From a virus (Duplodnaviria > Heunggongvirae > Uroviricota > Caudoviricetes), in the IMG/VR virus record IMGVR_UViG_2648501321_000004: a stretch of 34,209 nucleotides of DNA; one strand, 5' to 3'. The position numbers were made by a program, and so were the translations under genes. The notes beneath the pieces are model-generated. The model saw only the letters and a list, made by a program, of their open reading frames with translations. It searched no databases and was not told where the DNA came from. Shown here piece by piece: positions 9,433 through 19,540 of the stretch (positions within the stretch are counted from its first letter, which is position 1; each line of letters starts with the position of its first letter).

Positions 9433-11391
9433 TTACGCCGTACATTTCACCAGACCGCGGTGATCAACTGGCGCGACACCGGCGTCAATACGCACTTTCG
9501 TTGTCACGCCATCCACACTGAAGCCCTCCATCTGATCAATATATGGCGTATCCACACCGTTGAGATAAGCCACTTCAATCGTATCGGAGCCTTTGGACGC
9601 AGCCAGGTAGAAGGTGGTCTGGCTGTTATCATCAAGACGAGGCTCTGCAATAACGGTCGCAAAATCTTTCACCGGGTTAATAATACCGGCGTTAATGTCA
9701 GCCCCCTTGACACTTGAGGAGCGAATGACCTGGTTAGCAACAGACTCCATCGCCGTCGGTACCAGTACGAACGCAGGACGAATATTCAGATGACGCTCAC
9801 CCTCTTTCTGAACGCGCATCAACTGGCGGGCTTTATCCAGCGATGCCACGTCCATTGCCGCGCTCTCCAGTACGTTTGCATGTTTCGCTTTATCGAACAG
9901 ACTTACATTATCTGTGGAGATTTTCGGGTTAGACGTCAGAATGGCATAAACCAGATCGGCAATAGTGGATTTCGCCGCACGGCCCAGCTTCATCGGGACA
10001 TCGGTCAGCATATTCAGATCATCATTGATAATGGCCTGACGGGTGATACTGAACAGCTCGCCATAGGTCGCCAGTGCAATAGTGGCCTGTTTATCTCCGG
10101 TGGTGACGTATTTATATTCTGCCCCTTCACGCACCTGACGCAGAGCACTGAAGCCCCCCATACCCACACGATGGGCAATTTTAAAATCAGACAACTGACC
10201 TTTCCGCGTCCACTGTTCATAGGTTTCAGGGGCATCTTCCCAGCCCTGCAGAATGGCTTTGTTCGCAACATCCAGCAGAATATTACCGAAGTCAGACGTA
10301 CTGTGTGTGAACGCCGCACCGACCATCTGCATCGGGTTATAACTGGAAACACCAATACCCCGTTCAGTCAGTGACATACGGGCATATTCACGCAGGGTCA
10401 TCCCGTTGTAGACATTATCACGTTCAGTTTTTTCAAACCCGGCGCGCGCCATCAGCGCCTGGCGGATCCCGTCCCCCACAAAATTACCGTTACCGGCATA
10501 AATATGAGCCGGGGTATTTTTATTGGATGGAGTGGATTCGCGCCCCATCTCGTTCAACAGCTTTTCGCGGGCCTGCTCCAGCGAACATTCAGGATCGGCA
10601 AGACACTGAGCCTGCAGCGTCTGATAACGCCCGCCAAACATGGCAAACAGATCATTAATACCGTTTACACGCGCTTTTTGCTCTGCCAGTACCTGCGCAC
10701 GGATACTGTTTTCATCCACCACGGGTGCTGCTGCCTGCACTGGCGTCCGGGAGGCTGCAGGTTCATCATCCTGTACGCGTGGAGCACTGTTGCGTGGCGG
10801 AGTAATCATGTTTCGAATGGATTCCGGCATCTTTTTAAATTCCTCTGTACGTTTTGACTGAATACATGCCATTGCCTTAACGGCTGGCGTCACCTGATCA
10901 GCAAATCCATGTGCCAGACATTCGGCACCGGACATCCAGGTCTCATCCGCCAGCATGGCAGCAATTTCATCGGTGGTTTTCCCGGTTTTCTGTGCATAAG
11001 CGGGTAACAGAACCGCCTCAACTTTATCGAGCAGGTCGGCATAGGTGCGCATGTCCTCCGCATCACCGCCCGTAAAGCCAAATGGTTTATGAATCATCAT
11101 GAAGGTGTTTTCCGGCATAATGACCGGGTTTCCCACCATCGCAATGACCGACGCCATTGATGCCGCCACACCGTCGACATAAACGGTAATGGACGCACCA
11201 TGTGTTTTCAGCGCATTAAAAATGGCGATGCCTTCAAAGACATCGCCACCCGGTGAATTGATATGGAGATTAATGTGGGTGATATCGCCCAGTGCATTCA
11301 GATCACTGATAAACTGCTTCGCCGTAACACCCCAGAAACCAATCTCGTCATAAATATAAATATCCGCGTCACTCTGGTGACCAGCCTGCAT
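9433..11391 (-). CDS. ClpP-like prohead protease fused to major capsid protein
   Basis: N-terminal ClpP/S14-like region (GGDVFEGIAIFNALK, ASMASVIAMVG, FMMIHKP) followed by a long capsid-like C-terminal domain. Track ORF extends upstream to 11652 overlapping the portal gene; ATG at 11391 (MQAGHQSDADIYIYDEIGFWG) preferred. Confidence 0.8.
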   Translation of the reverse strand: MQAGHQSDADIYIYDEIGFWGVTAKQFISDLNALGDITHINLHINSPGGDVFEGIAIFNALKTHGASITVYVDGVAASMASVIAMVGNPVIMPENTFMMIHKPFGFTGGDAEDMRTYADLLDKVEAVLLPAYAQKTGKTTDEIAAMLADETWMSGAECLAHGFADQVTPAVKAMACIQSKRTEEFKKMPESIRNMITPPRNSAPRVQDDEPAASRTPVQAAAPVVDENSIRAQVLAEQKARVNGINDLFAMFGGRYQTLQAQCLADPECSLEQAREKLLNEMGRESTPSNKNTPAHIYAGNGNFVGDGIRQALMARAGFEKTERDNVYNGMTLREYARMSLTERGIGVSSYNPMQMVGAAFTHSTSDFGNILLDVANKAILQGWEDAPETYEQWTRKGQLSDFKIAHRVGMGGFSALRQVREGAEYKYVTTGDKQATIALATYGELFSITRQAIINDDLNMLTDVPMKLGRAAKSTIADLVYAILTSNPKISTDNVSLFDKAKHANVLESAAMDVASLDKARQLMRVQKEGERHLNIRPAFVLVPTAMESVANQVIRSSSVKGADINAGIINPVKDFATVIAEPRLDDNSQTTFYLAASKGSDTIEVAYLNGVDTPYIDQMEGFSVDGVTTKVRIDAGVAPVDHRGLVKCTA

Positions 11392-11437
11392 CCTGAACCA
11401 GGAATTATTCTTCGGACTGGTCGTCGGTGTACTGCGG

Positions 11438-12913
11438 CTACTGTCGTTTCGTTGCGGCACTGCTGCCTCCTTTATCACTGGCCGGATCGGTATCAAATAC
11501 CAGGTCCAGCTTGCGGTTTTCATCAATTTCGGCCTTGCGCCGACGTTTGACATCATCCGGATTACGACCACCTGCACGTACCCAGTCTGATTCTGTCGCC
11601 GCTCCACCACGAATCTGGATTTTCCAGGCCTCAGCCTCCTTAACAGGGTCAATCCACGGCATCACCGGTCCGGAATACACCGCGGTATACAGTGAAGAAC
11701 GGTCAAGATCGCGGGGTAGCCTGATAACACCGGATGCCACAGCCTGTTTCAGCCAGGCACGATACATCGGGCGGGTGACGGCACCAATAAACCAGTCCTG
11801 CAGGATCAGGTAGCCATCAGTGGATTCAACCAGCTCCTGACGCTGGGCGCTGTAAGTGCCGTTATAGTTGCGCGCTGTACTGGAAAAACTCAGACGACTG
11901 CCCGCCGCCACGGCACGCAACTGAGCATTACGAAAAGTTTCAAGGTTAGGATTTGGGCGATCCGACTTCACCATTCCGATTTCTTCGCCGGGTTTCAGAT
12001 CGTCGTAAATAATGCCTGGCTGAATGGTAAGCTCGCGTTCATTCTCCTTGCTGTCATTACCATCCGTTTCATAGCTCTGTCCGTCGCCTTTCCGGATGTA
12101 CATCCCCAGAGCAGCGGCGACCCTTGCTGCAGTCAGCTCAGAATCTTCATACTCTTTCAGGGCGCTGAGGCGGATCAGCACACCGGACAATAAAGACGTC
12201 CCGCGCATCTGGTGCAGACGGCGAACAAATTTAAGATGCAGCATTCGCTCTGCATCCACTTCTTTGGTTTCCATCTGCCGTCCGGATACAGGACGACTTT
12301 TATACACCAGATATTTTTCGGGACGCCCCCAGTCATCAACAAACACGCCCTGATTCAGCCTGTTGCTCTCATCACTGGTCATGGGAATAAAGTCCGGCTC
12401 GAGCGCCTCCAGCCAGAAATGAACACCGGCAGAAGGCGTCAGGCTGTTTATGCGCCCGGAAACCATCTGGGCAAACACCTCACCATCGCGCAGCCAGGTA
12501 CGCAGCATCAGACGTTCCAGCATCGGACGGGTAAACTGCCCGGTGACCTCCGGACTGACAGACCATTCACTCCATCGGGTACGTATCTCCGCAGCCAGGT
12601 CACGGGCAATGGCCCCATTGCGTAATACCGGATGTGGCTCGACAATAATCCCGTTTTTCCCCACCACCCGTTCTTCCAGCTTGTCAAATACACCAATGAC
12701 CAGATCGTGGTTGTTATCAAGGTAACGGGCCTGCTCACGTAACGACACGGCCCCGTACTGGCTTAACTGGTCGGCAGTTCGGTTCTCCCGTCGGGCTTTG
12801 TGTGTCCGCGTCGTTTTTACGGCCTCATAAGCCTGGATCACCGCACGGGAACGCAGCCTTGCCGCTTTCCATCCTGGTGAAAAAACGCCAATCACATCAT
12901 CAAGAATTGCCAT
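11438..12913 (-). CDS. Portal protein
   Basis: About 491 aa directly downstream of W and upstream of the protease/capsid gene. ATG at 12913 overlaps the W stop (TGATG); the track start at 12985 would overlap W. Confidence 0.85.
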   Translation of the reverse strand: MAILDDVIGVFSPGWKAARLRSRAVIQAYEAVKTTRTHKARRENRTADQLSQYGAVSLREQARYLDNNHDLVIGVFDKLEERVVGKNGIIVEPHPVLRNGAIARDLAAEIRTRWSEWSVSPEVTGQFTRPMLERLMLRTWLRDGEVFAQMVSGRINSLTPSAGVHFWLEALEPDFIPMTSDESNRLNQGVFVDDWGRPEKYLVYKSRPVSGRQMETKEVDAERMLHLKFVRRLHQMRGTSLLSGVLIRLSALKEYEDSELTAARVAAALGMYIRKGDGQSYETDGNDSKENERELTIQPGIIYDDLKPGEEIGMVKSDRPNPNLETFRNAQLRAVAAGSRLSFSSTARNYNGTYSAQRQELVESTDGYLILQDWFIGAVTRPMYRAWLKQAVASGVIRLPRDLDRSSLYTAVYSGPVMPWIDPVKEAEAWKIQIRGGAATESDWVRAGGRNPDDVKRRRKAEIDENRKLDLVFDTDPASDKGGSSAATKRQ

Positions 12914-13125
12914 CAGAACCTCGCCAGCCGGTACCCGGGATGCCCACGTCGTCGTGTAATCAGAGCCGCAAGGCGGCGCTCCCACTCCTGCCGCCCCTGC
13001 CGGATCTCAGATAAGTTTTCCATGGTCATCTGCTGACCATTAAAAGTGACGGATTTTCCGTCCAGCACCGCCATTTCAGCTTCCGTATAACGCTGAATCA
13101 TGGCTTCAATATCATTCTGATTCAT
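12913..13125 (-). CDS. W: Head-tail joining protein W
   Basis: 70 aa, MNQNDIEAMIQRYTEAEMAVLDGKSVTFNGQQMTMENLSEI..RRRGHPGYRLARF, resembling lambda gpW (68 aa). ATG at 13125 overlaps the terminase stop (ATGA) with GGAGG upstream. Confidence 0.75.
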   Translation of the reverse strand: MNQNDIEAMIQRYTEAEMAVLDGKSVTFNGQQMTMENLSEIRQGRQEWERRLAALITRRRGHPGYRLARF

Positions 13126-15221
13126 AACCATCCTCCGGAAGTCAGCCAGGGGTTAACATCGTCAGTTACTGTTTTCTTCCGTTTTTGTTTTTTAACAGGC
13201 GTGGATACCGGTTCCGGTGAGGGTGACGGTTCGGTACTGTCCGGGACACACTCCAGCCAGGTTTCCCGGCTCGCCCACTCCGGTGCATCCGGCCAGCGGA
13301 TCTTTTCGTATCCATGCAGAATGACCAGAGCCTCGGCATACACCATCAGGTCAAAAGCTTCGTTGGCACCGCGACCCGGCTTACTCCATTTCCCGTCACT
13401 GCTCCGCTCTTCATACGTCAGTTCGTCGTAAAACCAGCTCCCCAGCCAGTCAGGGAAATGCACATAGCCGGGACCTGGCGAGTTACGCCATAACGCGTTA
13501 TTCACCCGGTCTTTCAGGGCATCCGTCTGAAGAAGCCAGAGCGGCACATCACCTGCGGCCTGCGCCCGTCGGCCCGTTCGTCCGGTGTTATCAGGGAATG
13601 TACGGCTGATCAGTTTTGCGCGCCGGATGCTGTCGCCCTTAAACAGGTAAATACGTTTACCAAGGCCATCACGACGGCAACGACGCCAGAATTTATAGGC
13701 ATTATCAGTGACCCCGTCTTCACCGCCGGAGTCCACCGCCATTGCCATAAGTCGCATTTGTTGAGAAGGATCGGAGGCCAGCGGCCAGCTTTTATGAAAA
13801 ACATCCGTCAGCAGGACATCCCAGTCTTCCGGATAGCTGGCCGGATCAATTCGCTGGCTCTCCCCGTCGCAGTCACTGCGCAATGACTGCGTGATGTTGT
13901 AACGATCAATAATCCAGCGTTCGCCACGACTGCCATAGCCTGTTACCTGAACCACAAAACGGCGATGACGTCCCGCCTGCACATCCACTGTCGCCACAAG
14001 GAAATTAACGCCATCCGGCACACTGCGGGAAGGAACTGGCTCTGCCCGCTGCTCAAGCAGTTCACTTTTTCGTTGCTCCATGTTGGCACGAGGAAGATAA
14101 GGCAATCCCCAGTCGGTGTTGATAACCGCCCTGAGTGTTTCTTCGCTTCCTGTCGCTTCATACTCCTGTTCTGCAGTCAGTAATTTGTAAACCAGTTGCG
14201 CCCAGGTCTGATACGCAGCAGCTGGCCCTTCCATCCAGAAACTGGCGATACGGGAGCGGCGCGGTTCACCGGAAACGTTGCCGTTACGATCAATGACCTG
14301 ACCTTCACGCAACCAGACTCCTGCACTATTGAGCTCACGCTTTTTCTCCGCAGTGATAATGCCGCTGCAGTGCGGGCAAAGTAGATACGCCGCCTCACTG
14401 GCTTTAAAGGGATCCGGTTCATTACGGTAGCCGGTCATGGCATCCATGGCTGGCTGAAAATATTCACCGCAGTGCGGACATGGCCAGTACCAGCGGCGGC
14501 GGTCACCACGATTGTAAAGGGAAAGAATACCAGTCGTCGGTGGCGCTTCATGAGGCGACTTACGTCGCCATTTGCTGTCGCAGATGTCACGTCCCGGCGA
14601 GCTCTCCACCAGAGTCATCCCGGCGGACATAAATGTGGTGGTACGTTTTGAGGCCAGGGAGAAACCATCACCCTCGCTGTCGATATTCTCCGGAAAACGG
14701 TCGTAATCGGTTAAGGCGACAAACCGGTAATCCGACGACGACATAATGTTGACCGAGGGCCAACCAATTTTAAGGAACGAGCCATCCCTGAACGTCTTAT
14801 CATGAACATTATTGTCGTTACGACGTGGACTCATTCTTTTCTTTACCGCCGCACTGCTTCTGAACGTTCTGTCGAGGCGCTTTTTAGAATGCTCGCGGGC
14901 CTTATCTTCGGTCATCTGCACAACGAGCATGTCCGAAGGATCGCAAACGATGGTATAGACAATCCATCCATCGATCAGACCAATGGTCTTCCCTGTTCGC
15001 GCAGGACCAACAAAAATCACCGCATCGTATTCACGCGATGCCAGGCAGTTCATGGGCTCAATGATGTAGGGTGTCAGTTCAGGATCCCATGGCACCGAGT
15101 TACCAGCCCCCTTGGGAACACGCATGAATTTTTTAACAGCCTCCGAAATCGGCATGCGACGTGGTGGGGAAAATCCTGCCGATATGTCCCTTCCCAAATT
15201 TCGGGCTGATGAAAAACCCAT
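13122..15221 (-). CDS. A: Terminase large subunit (lambda gpA family)
   Basis: 699-aa ORF directly after Nu1, with a strong AGGAGG Shine-Dalgarno 6 nt upstream of the ATG; size and position match lambda gpA. Confidence 0.9.
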   Translation of the reverse strand: MGFSSARNLGRDISAGFSPPRRMPISEAVKKFMRVPKGAGNSVPWDPELTPYIIEPMNCLASREYDAVIFVGPARTGKTIGLIDGWIVYTIVCDPSDMLVVQMTEDKAREHSKKRLDRTFRSSAAVKKRMSPRRNDNNVHDKTFRDGSFLKIGWPSVNIMSSSDYRFVALTDYDRFPENIDSEGDGFSLASKRTTTFMSAGMTLVESSPGRDICDSKWRRKSPHEAPPTTGILSLYNRGDRRRWYWPCPHCGEYFQPAMDAMTGYRNEPDPFKASEAAYLLCPHCSGIITAEKKRELNSAGVWLREGQVIDRNGNVSGEPRRSRIASFWMEGPAAAYQTWAQLVYKLLTAEQEYEATGSEETLRAVINTDWGLPYLPRANMEQRKSELLEQRAEPVPSRSVPDGVNFLVATVDVQAGRHRRFVVQVTGYGSRGERWIIDRYNITQSLRSDCDGESQRIDPASYPEDWDVLLTDVFHKSWPLASDPSQQMRLMAMAVDSGGEDGVTDNAYKFWRRCRRDGLGKRIYLFKGDSIRRAKLISRTFPDNTGRTGRRAQAAGDVPLWLLQTDALKDRVNNALWRNSPGPGYVHFPDWLGSWFYDELTYEERSSDGKWSKPGRGANEAFDLMVYAEALVILHGYEKIRWPDAPEWASRETWLECVPDSTEPSPSPEPVSTPVKKQKRKKTVTDDVNPWLTSGGWL

Positions 15222-15229
15222 TATTCCTC

Positions 15230-15757
15230 CTAGAGACTCTCTCCTTCCTCATCAGGAATTAATTCAGCAGCACAAGCCTCGTAGGATTTTTCCTGAAGAG
15301 TGTATCGCAGGTCATCAATGGCCTGCTGTACAACGCCGACGGCCTGAGGAGTCAGGGCGCAATCGCGTTCAAGAACATCCGGAATTGTCTCCAGAACCTG
15401 GACGACAGCCTTTCTCATGGACGAATAGACGATGACTACTTCATCAACGGGGATGAGTTTTCGCTGCTCCTTTTCCAGCTTGATCCTTTCATTTTCAGAC
15501 TGGTACCAATCCTTTCTCTCTTTCGGCTCCATACGGGATGGATCATGAACAGAGTCTGCTGCCTCATGCTTCACACTAAACAGGGCAGGCCCGACATGCT
15601 GCAGGGCGTAAACGGGGTTCCCCCTGACAGTCGCTGCCACAGGAGTGTTGGCCGCGAGGAGCCGTTTTTTTACTGTGTCCCGGTGAAGCCCAAAGGCCTC
15701 GGCGATTTTAAAAACACTCCAGTAATAAGCATCACCGATCCCGCTCACATTTGACAT
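15230..15757 (-). CDS. nu1: Terminase small subunit (Nu1-like)
   Basis: N-terminal HTH-like segment (FKIAEAFGLHRDTVKKRL) and C-terminal ELIP motif as in lambda Nu1; lies about 190 bp from the cosN-like sequence. ATG at 15757 preferred over 15769. Confidence 0.75.
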   Translation of the reverse strand: MSNVSGIGDAYYWSVFKIAEAFGLHRDTVKKRLLAANTPVAATVRGNPVYALQHVGPALFSVKHEAADSVHDPSRMEPKERKDWYQSENERIKLEKEQRKLIPVDEVVIVYSSMRKAVVQVLETIPDVLERDCALTPQAVGVVQQAIDDLRYTLQEKSYEACAAELIPDEEGESL

Positions 15758-15769
15758 AAGCAACTCCAT

Positions 15770-15990
15770 CTGGCAGGTGAAAATCAGGTTTATTTATATA
15801 TTTCAATTAATTGCAAACTGGTCTAATGACAGGGAGAATAAAATATTGTACAGGTGAAAAGAGAAATAACTTTTAATTATCAATAAATTACCTAACATGC
15901 TGCCGCCGCCATGGAAATGCAAAAACTAGCCTTTTTCCGCGACGCTCCCGCCCCGTGAGAGCTCAGGTCATCAGAAGGACCCACATTAAA
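15770..15990. other. Cohesive-end site (cos); cosN-like 12-mer at 15942..15953
   Basis: Minus strand reads CACG-GGGCGGGAGCGT-CGCGG, closely resembling the lambda junction ACG-GGGCGGCGACCT-CGCGGG, with lambda-like spacing to Nu1 and an AT-rich cosB-like region in between. Confidence 0.55.
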
Positions 15991-16101
15991 GGCAGAATAT
16001 TCACTCTGATATTACGCATTGTTTTGCTTTTGTAGATTCGCAATTTACGGTAAAAATACTTTTGCTATTTCTTCGTACCATAAATGCACAGGAGTATCTT
16101 C

Positions 16102-16422
16102 ATGTCCATAAAGGTATTCAGAAGTGACCTTCAGACTGAGAGTGAATCAGACTATCGTAATTGGCTTGGCGATAATCCAGACGGATATGTTGTCAATGCA
16201 TTGAAGCGAACCAGAGGTAAAGGTAATAAATCTGACGAACGCTTTACCAGAATCCATAGAGCATCTTGCAAAACGATTAATCCCTTGAAACGCAAGATCG
16301 ATAAAACAGGATTCACAACTGGAGATTATCAAAAAATATGCTCAACCAACTTCATCAATGTTGAAAATGAAGCAAAGAAAATGACAGGTCTGACAAGCAT
16401 CATCAAATGTCGATGCATCTAA
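16102..16422 (+). CDS. Hypothetical protein (106 aa, basic, no signal peptide), moron at the position lambda uses for bor
   Basis: ATG at 16102 with AGGAG 7 nt upstream; AT-rich; opposite strand to the late operon. No family recognised. Confidence 0.5.
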   Translation: MSIKVFRSDLQTESESDYRNWLGDNPDGYVVNALKRTRGKGNKSDERFTRIHRASCKTINPLKRKIDKTGFTTGDYQKICSTNFINVENEAKKMTGLTSIIKCRCI

Positions 16423-16639
16423 AGCGTCATGTAATTAACATGTTCACAACACTCTCCGGGTGACCGCTAATGCTGTTGTCAGCCAAAAACTCTACGTTTC
16501 GATTATGCCAATTTTGCACCGCCCGATGCCGATAAATGCGAAAATCCGGCGACTATGTAGCGTAATCAAATCAACGAGATACCACTTTCATGAAATAATT
16601 ATCATCTGTCAGTTCAATATCAATGTTGAGAGAGAATAA

Positions 16640-16792
16640 ATGAGAGGAATGCCAAGAGGAAGTCGAGGACAGAGGGCTGTCCAATCAACTGCAAGAAGAG
16701 CAAGACGATCAAATGCCAGCCATTCTGACCAATTAGGATGCCTGGCACTAATCATCGTTGGCCTGATATTTATCTATTTCATGGCTAATTAG
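16640..16792 (+). CDS. Small 50-aa protein with Arg-rich N-terminus and C-terminal transmembrane helix (below ORF-track cutoff)
   Basis: atg aga gga atg cca aga ... gct aat tag, translating to MRGMPRGSRGQRAVQSTARRARRSNASHSDQLGCLALIIVGLIFIYFMAN; GAGAG upstream of the ATG. Confidence 0.4.
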   Translation: MRGMPRGSRGQRAVQSTARRARRSNASHSDQLGCLALIIVGLIFIYFMAN

Positions 16793-16802
16793 CAAAGATT
16801 GC

Positions 16803-17246
16803 TCATCTTACACACTGCGTGCGAATGTATTGCTGCAAGCCTCGGATCATTTTATCACTGGTTTCAATCCGCTTTCTAAGGGTGAAATAATCCCGTTGAG
16901 CGGTGTCAGTAAGTCTGGGGCTGGTGCCATCATCCACGCCGGAGGCGGCGGTGATTTTATGCATGTCTGGACAGACAGCTTTGACGCGCAGCCACTTACG
17001 CCCAGCAGAAACATCAGCACGAAGACTTTCGATAGTCGCGTTAGCATCAGCAAGCTCCTTTGTGTATCTGGCGTCGAGTTCTGCTACATCACGTTGACGC
17101 TTCTGCATATCAGCGATAGTGGATGCGGCTTTGTCGCGCTGCTCTTTGTAGGCGATGGCGTTATCACGGTAATGATTAACAGCCCATAACAGGCAGACGA
17201 TGATGCAGATAATCAGAGCGGAGATAATCGCGGTTACTCTGCTCAT
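16803..17246 (-). CDS. Rz: Spanin inner-membrane subunit Rz
   Basis: [34 protein letters not shown]... matches lambda Rz closely; ATG at 17246 overlaps the R stop (ATGA). Confidence 0.85.
   Translation of the reverse strand: MSRVTAIISALIICIIVCLLWAVNHYRDNAIAYKEQRDKAASTIADMQKRQRDVAELDARYTKELADANATIESLRADVSAGRKWLRVKAVCPDMHKITAASGVDDGTSPRLTDTAQRDYFTLRKRIETSDKMIRGLQQYIRTQCVR
16847..17047 (-). CDS. Rz1: Spanin outer-membrane lipoprotein Rz1, embedded in Rz in another frame
   Basis: [23 protein letters not shown]... has a lipobox (LLGVSGC) and a PPPPAW proline-rich segment like lambda Rz1; AGGAG upstream of the ATG at 17047. Confidence 0.8.
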   Translation of the reverse strand: MLTRLSKVFVLMFLLGVSGCASKLSVQTCIKSPPPPAWMMAPAPDLLTPLNGIISPLESGLKPVIK

Positions 17247-17740
17247 TGCTGCCCCCACAAACAGACTTCACGCTCAATCTCACGACGAGTCATCAGGCCT
17301 TTCCATTGCTTACCGCCAGCGTATATCCAGCGACGTAGCTGGTCACATGCGCCTTTGATATCGCCCTGGTTTATTTTGCGAAGAAGCGTCGATGTTCTGA
17401 AATTGCCAGCACCCACGTTGTAGACGAACGAGTAAAGAGCGCCGCGCGTTGTTTCCGGTATATCGACTTTGATGTACGGGTTAATTTGTCTGGCAACCGT
17501 GGCAAGGTCTTTATTCAGGAGGGCTTTGCATTCTGCTTCGGTATACGTTTTACCGAGCATGATGTCTTTTCCGGTGTGTCCGTGACATACAGTCCATACG
17601 CCAACGATATCTTTGTATGGTATGTAGCTGACACCTTCCAGGCCATCGTCACCACTTGGGCCAGTGATTAACACTGATGCTATAGCAATTGCTCCGCCAC
17701 CAATAGCAGCAGCAACAGCTTTTCGTAATGATGGAGGCAT
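17243..17740 (-). CDS. R: SAR endolysin (phage-21 R21-type lysozyme)
   Basis: 165 aa with a Gly/Ala-rich N-terminal signal-anchor-release segment ([20 protein letters not shown]); near-identical to phage 21 R as recalled. ATG overlaps the holin stop. Confidence 0.9.
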   Translation of the reverse strand: MPPSLRKAVAAAIGGGAIAIASVLITGPSGDDGLEGVSYIPYKDIVGVWTVCHGHTGKDIMLGKTYTEAECKALLNKDLATVARQINPYIKVDIPETTRGALYSFVYNVGAGNFRTSTLLRKINQGDIKGACDQLRRWIYAGGKQWKGLMTRREIEREVCLWGQQ

Positions 17741-17955
17741 TATCCACCTCTCGCAGCCTTGCGCTTATCTTCTTTAATCTTGAAATAAAGGTTTGTCAGG
17801 TACGTCAGCAGGCCAAATACCAGACTACCCAGCACACCTATTGCCGCCCACTGTGAGGGCGTGACTTTATCGAGCAACTGTAAAAACCAGTACCCGGCAC
17901 TACCTGCTGAGGTGCCATAGGCGACACCCGTTGTTAACTTATCCATGGATTTCAT
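17740..17955 (-). CDS. S: Pinholin S (phage-21 type) with dual-start motif MKSMDK
   Basis: From ATG 17955: [71 protein letters not shown], two TM segments; second start at 17946 would give the shorter holin form. GAGGTGG Shine-Dalgarno. Confidence 0.85.
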
Positions 17956-18022
17956 AACCCCACCTCGCAGATGCGGGTGCTGTGTAATGGAAATAAAAAG
18001 GCCACCTGACGTGGCCACCAGA

Positions 18023-19075
18023 TTATTTCCCCACCAGCTCGTTTATCTCTTTCACTGTCTGGTTAAACCGCTCTGACTCAAGCTCAACACCTAAGGCCCG
18101 ACGCCCCAGCGCCATTGCTGCTTTTATTGTGGAACCGGATCCCATAAAAAAATCAGCAACCAGATCACCAGGTCGACTACTGGCATTGATTATTTGCCTG
18201 AGCATATCCGCCGGTTTCTCACACGGATGTTTACCCGGGTAGAACTGAACGGGTTTATGCATCCAGACATCGGTATAAGGCACGGAGACTGATACGGAGA
18301 AATAGCGCCGGAGAGATTTAAACTCATCCAGCAATTCAGAATATTTGCGATTCAGTGAATCATAAGATGCCACCAGCTGGTGGTGTGGTTGTTCCAGTTG
18401 TTGTTCCTGAAACTTCTCTGCCGCTATACGGGAAAACAGTGCCTGTAACTTCCGATAGTCAGCCTCATTCGGCAACTGCCACTGACTGGCACCAAACCAG
18501 TGGGAAACCATATTTTTCTTACCTGTGGCTTCGGCAATTTGTTTTGCCGTTATACCCAGTTCGGCACGAGCATCCCTGAAATACGATATCAGCGGTGCCA
18601 TTATGTGCTGTTTGAGTTCCCTTTCTTTTGCCGCATAGCCGTCACTTTTGCCGCGATATGGCCCCTGGTAATGTTCAGCAAACAGAACGCGCTCTGTGGC
18701 AGGAAAATATGCGCGCAGACTTTCTTTATTACACCCATTCCAACGTCCGGACGGCTTCGCCCAGATGATATGGTTAAGCACGTTGAAACGTTCACGCATC
18801 ATGATCTCAATATCAGATGCCAGGCGATGCCCACAGAACAGGTAAAGGCTTCCGGCAGGTTTTAACACCCGCCAGAACTGGGCCAGACAGTGGTCCAGCC
18901 ACTTAAGGTAATCTTCGTCCCCTTTCCACTGATTGTCCCAGCCGTTGGGTTTCACCTTGAAGTACGGCGGATCGGTAACAATCAGGTCAATGGAATCATC
19001 AGGCAGGGACTGAATAAAATGCAGGCAATCAGCGTTGATTAAATCAACACTGTTTATTTTTACAGTATTTTTCAT
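18023..19075 (-). CDS. DNA N6-adenine methyltransferase (DPPY motif), orphan
   Basis: 350 aa with a DPPY catalytic motif (LIVTDPPYF) and SAM-binding-like segments; no adjacent restriction endonuclease gene. Confidence 0.8.
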
Positions 19076-19224
19076 GGATCAGTAAGCGTAACTCTGGTAG
19101 GCTCACTCTGCTTTTGCGCTAAAGCAGTGGGCCGTGGTTCGCTTGTGACCAGTAAGCATGAGCGAATGGCTGGCAGGTGCTACCAACACCCACCAGCCGC
19201 CCATTTTCACAAATTAAAAGTCCT

Positions 19225-19443
19225 TCATAGCTGAAGGCGTCTGTAACAGCCGAACTGGTAATCTGCCAGCCCCGCCATAACCAACTGGGTCAGTATTAAC
19301 TGACAGCGTTCGCGTGAAAGATATGTGTTTTGTGCAATCTCCCCGACTGTTGCCGGTTCGATGCTTAATTCATTAAAAACAACTTTCGCCGTTTCTGTCA
19401 TATCTTGCTGTTTTAGCATGTCTTTTTTCCTTCTGGTTAACAT
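19225..19443 (-). CDS. Small hypothetical protein, possibly winged-helix DNA-binding
   Basis: 72-aa ORF at the head of the late operon; start uncertain (ATGs at 19443, 19419, 19401). A hairpin CCTTCA-TAGC-TGAAGG overlaps its stop. Confidence 0.4.
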   Translation of the reverse strand: MLTRRKKDMLKQQDMTETAKVVFNELSIEPATVGEIAQNTYLSRERCQLILTQLVMAGLADYQFGCYRRLQL

Positions 19444-19540
19444 GACATACCAATAACTCTTGTCTAAAAAGCCAGCAAGATAAAAAGCCAGTATTCACGA
19501 CCACCAGCGTGTTTACTGTACTGCACAAGGTTTACAGGTA

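Noticed and set aside
11391-11652. Upstream in-frame extension of the protease-capsid ORF (track start at 11652)
   Set aside because: It would overlap the last 214 nt of the portal gene; the internal ATG at 11391 gives a sensible ClpP-like N-terminus.
19080-19224. Possible tRNA gene in the gap between the methylase and the small ORF
   Set aside because: Stx-type phages carry tRNAs near Q, but I could not fold this segment into a cloverleaf with a proper T-loop or acceptor stem; only isolated hairpins are present.
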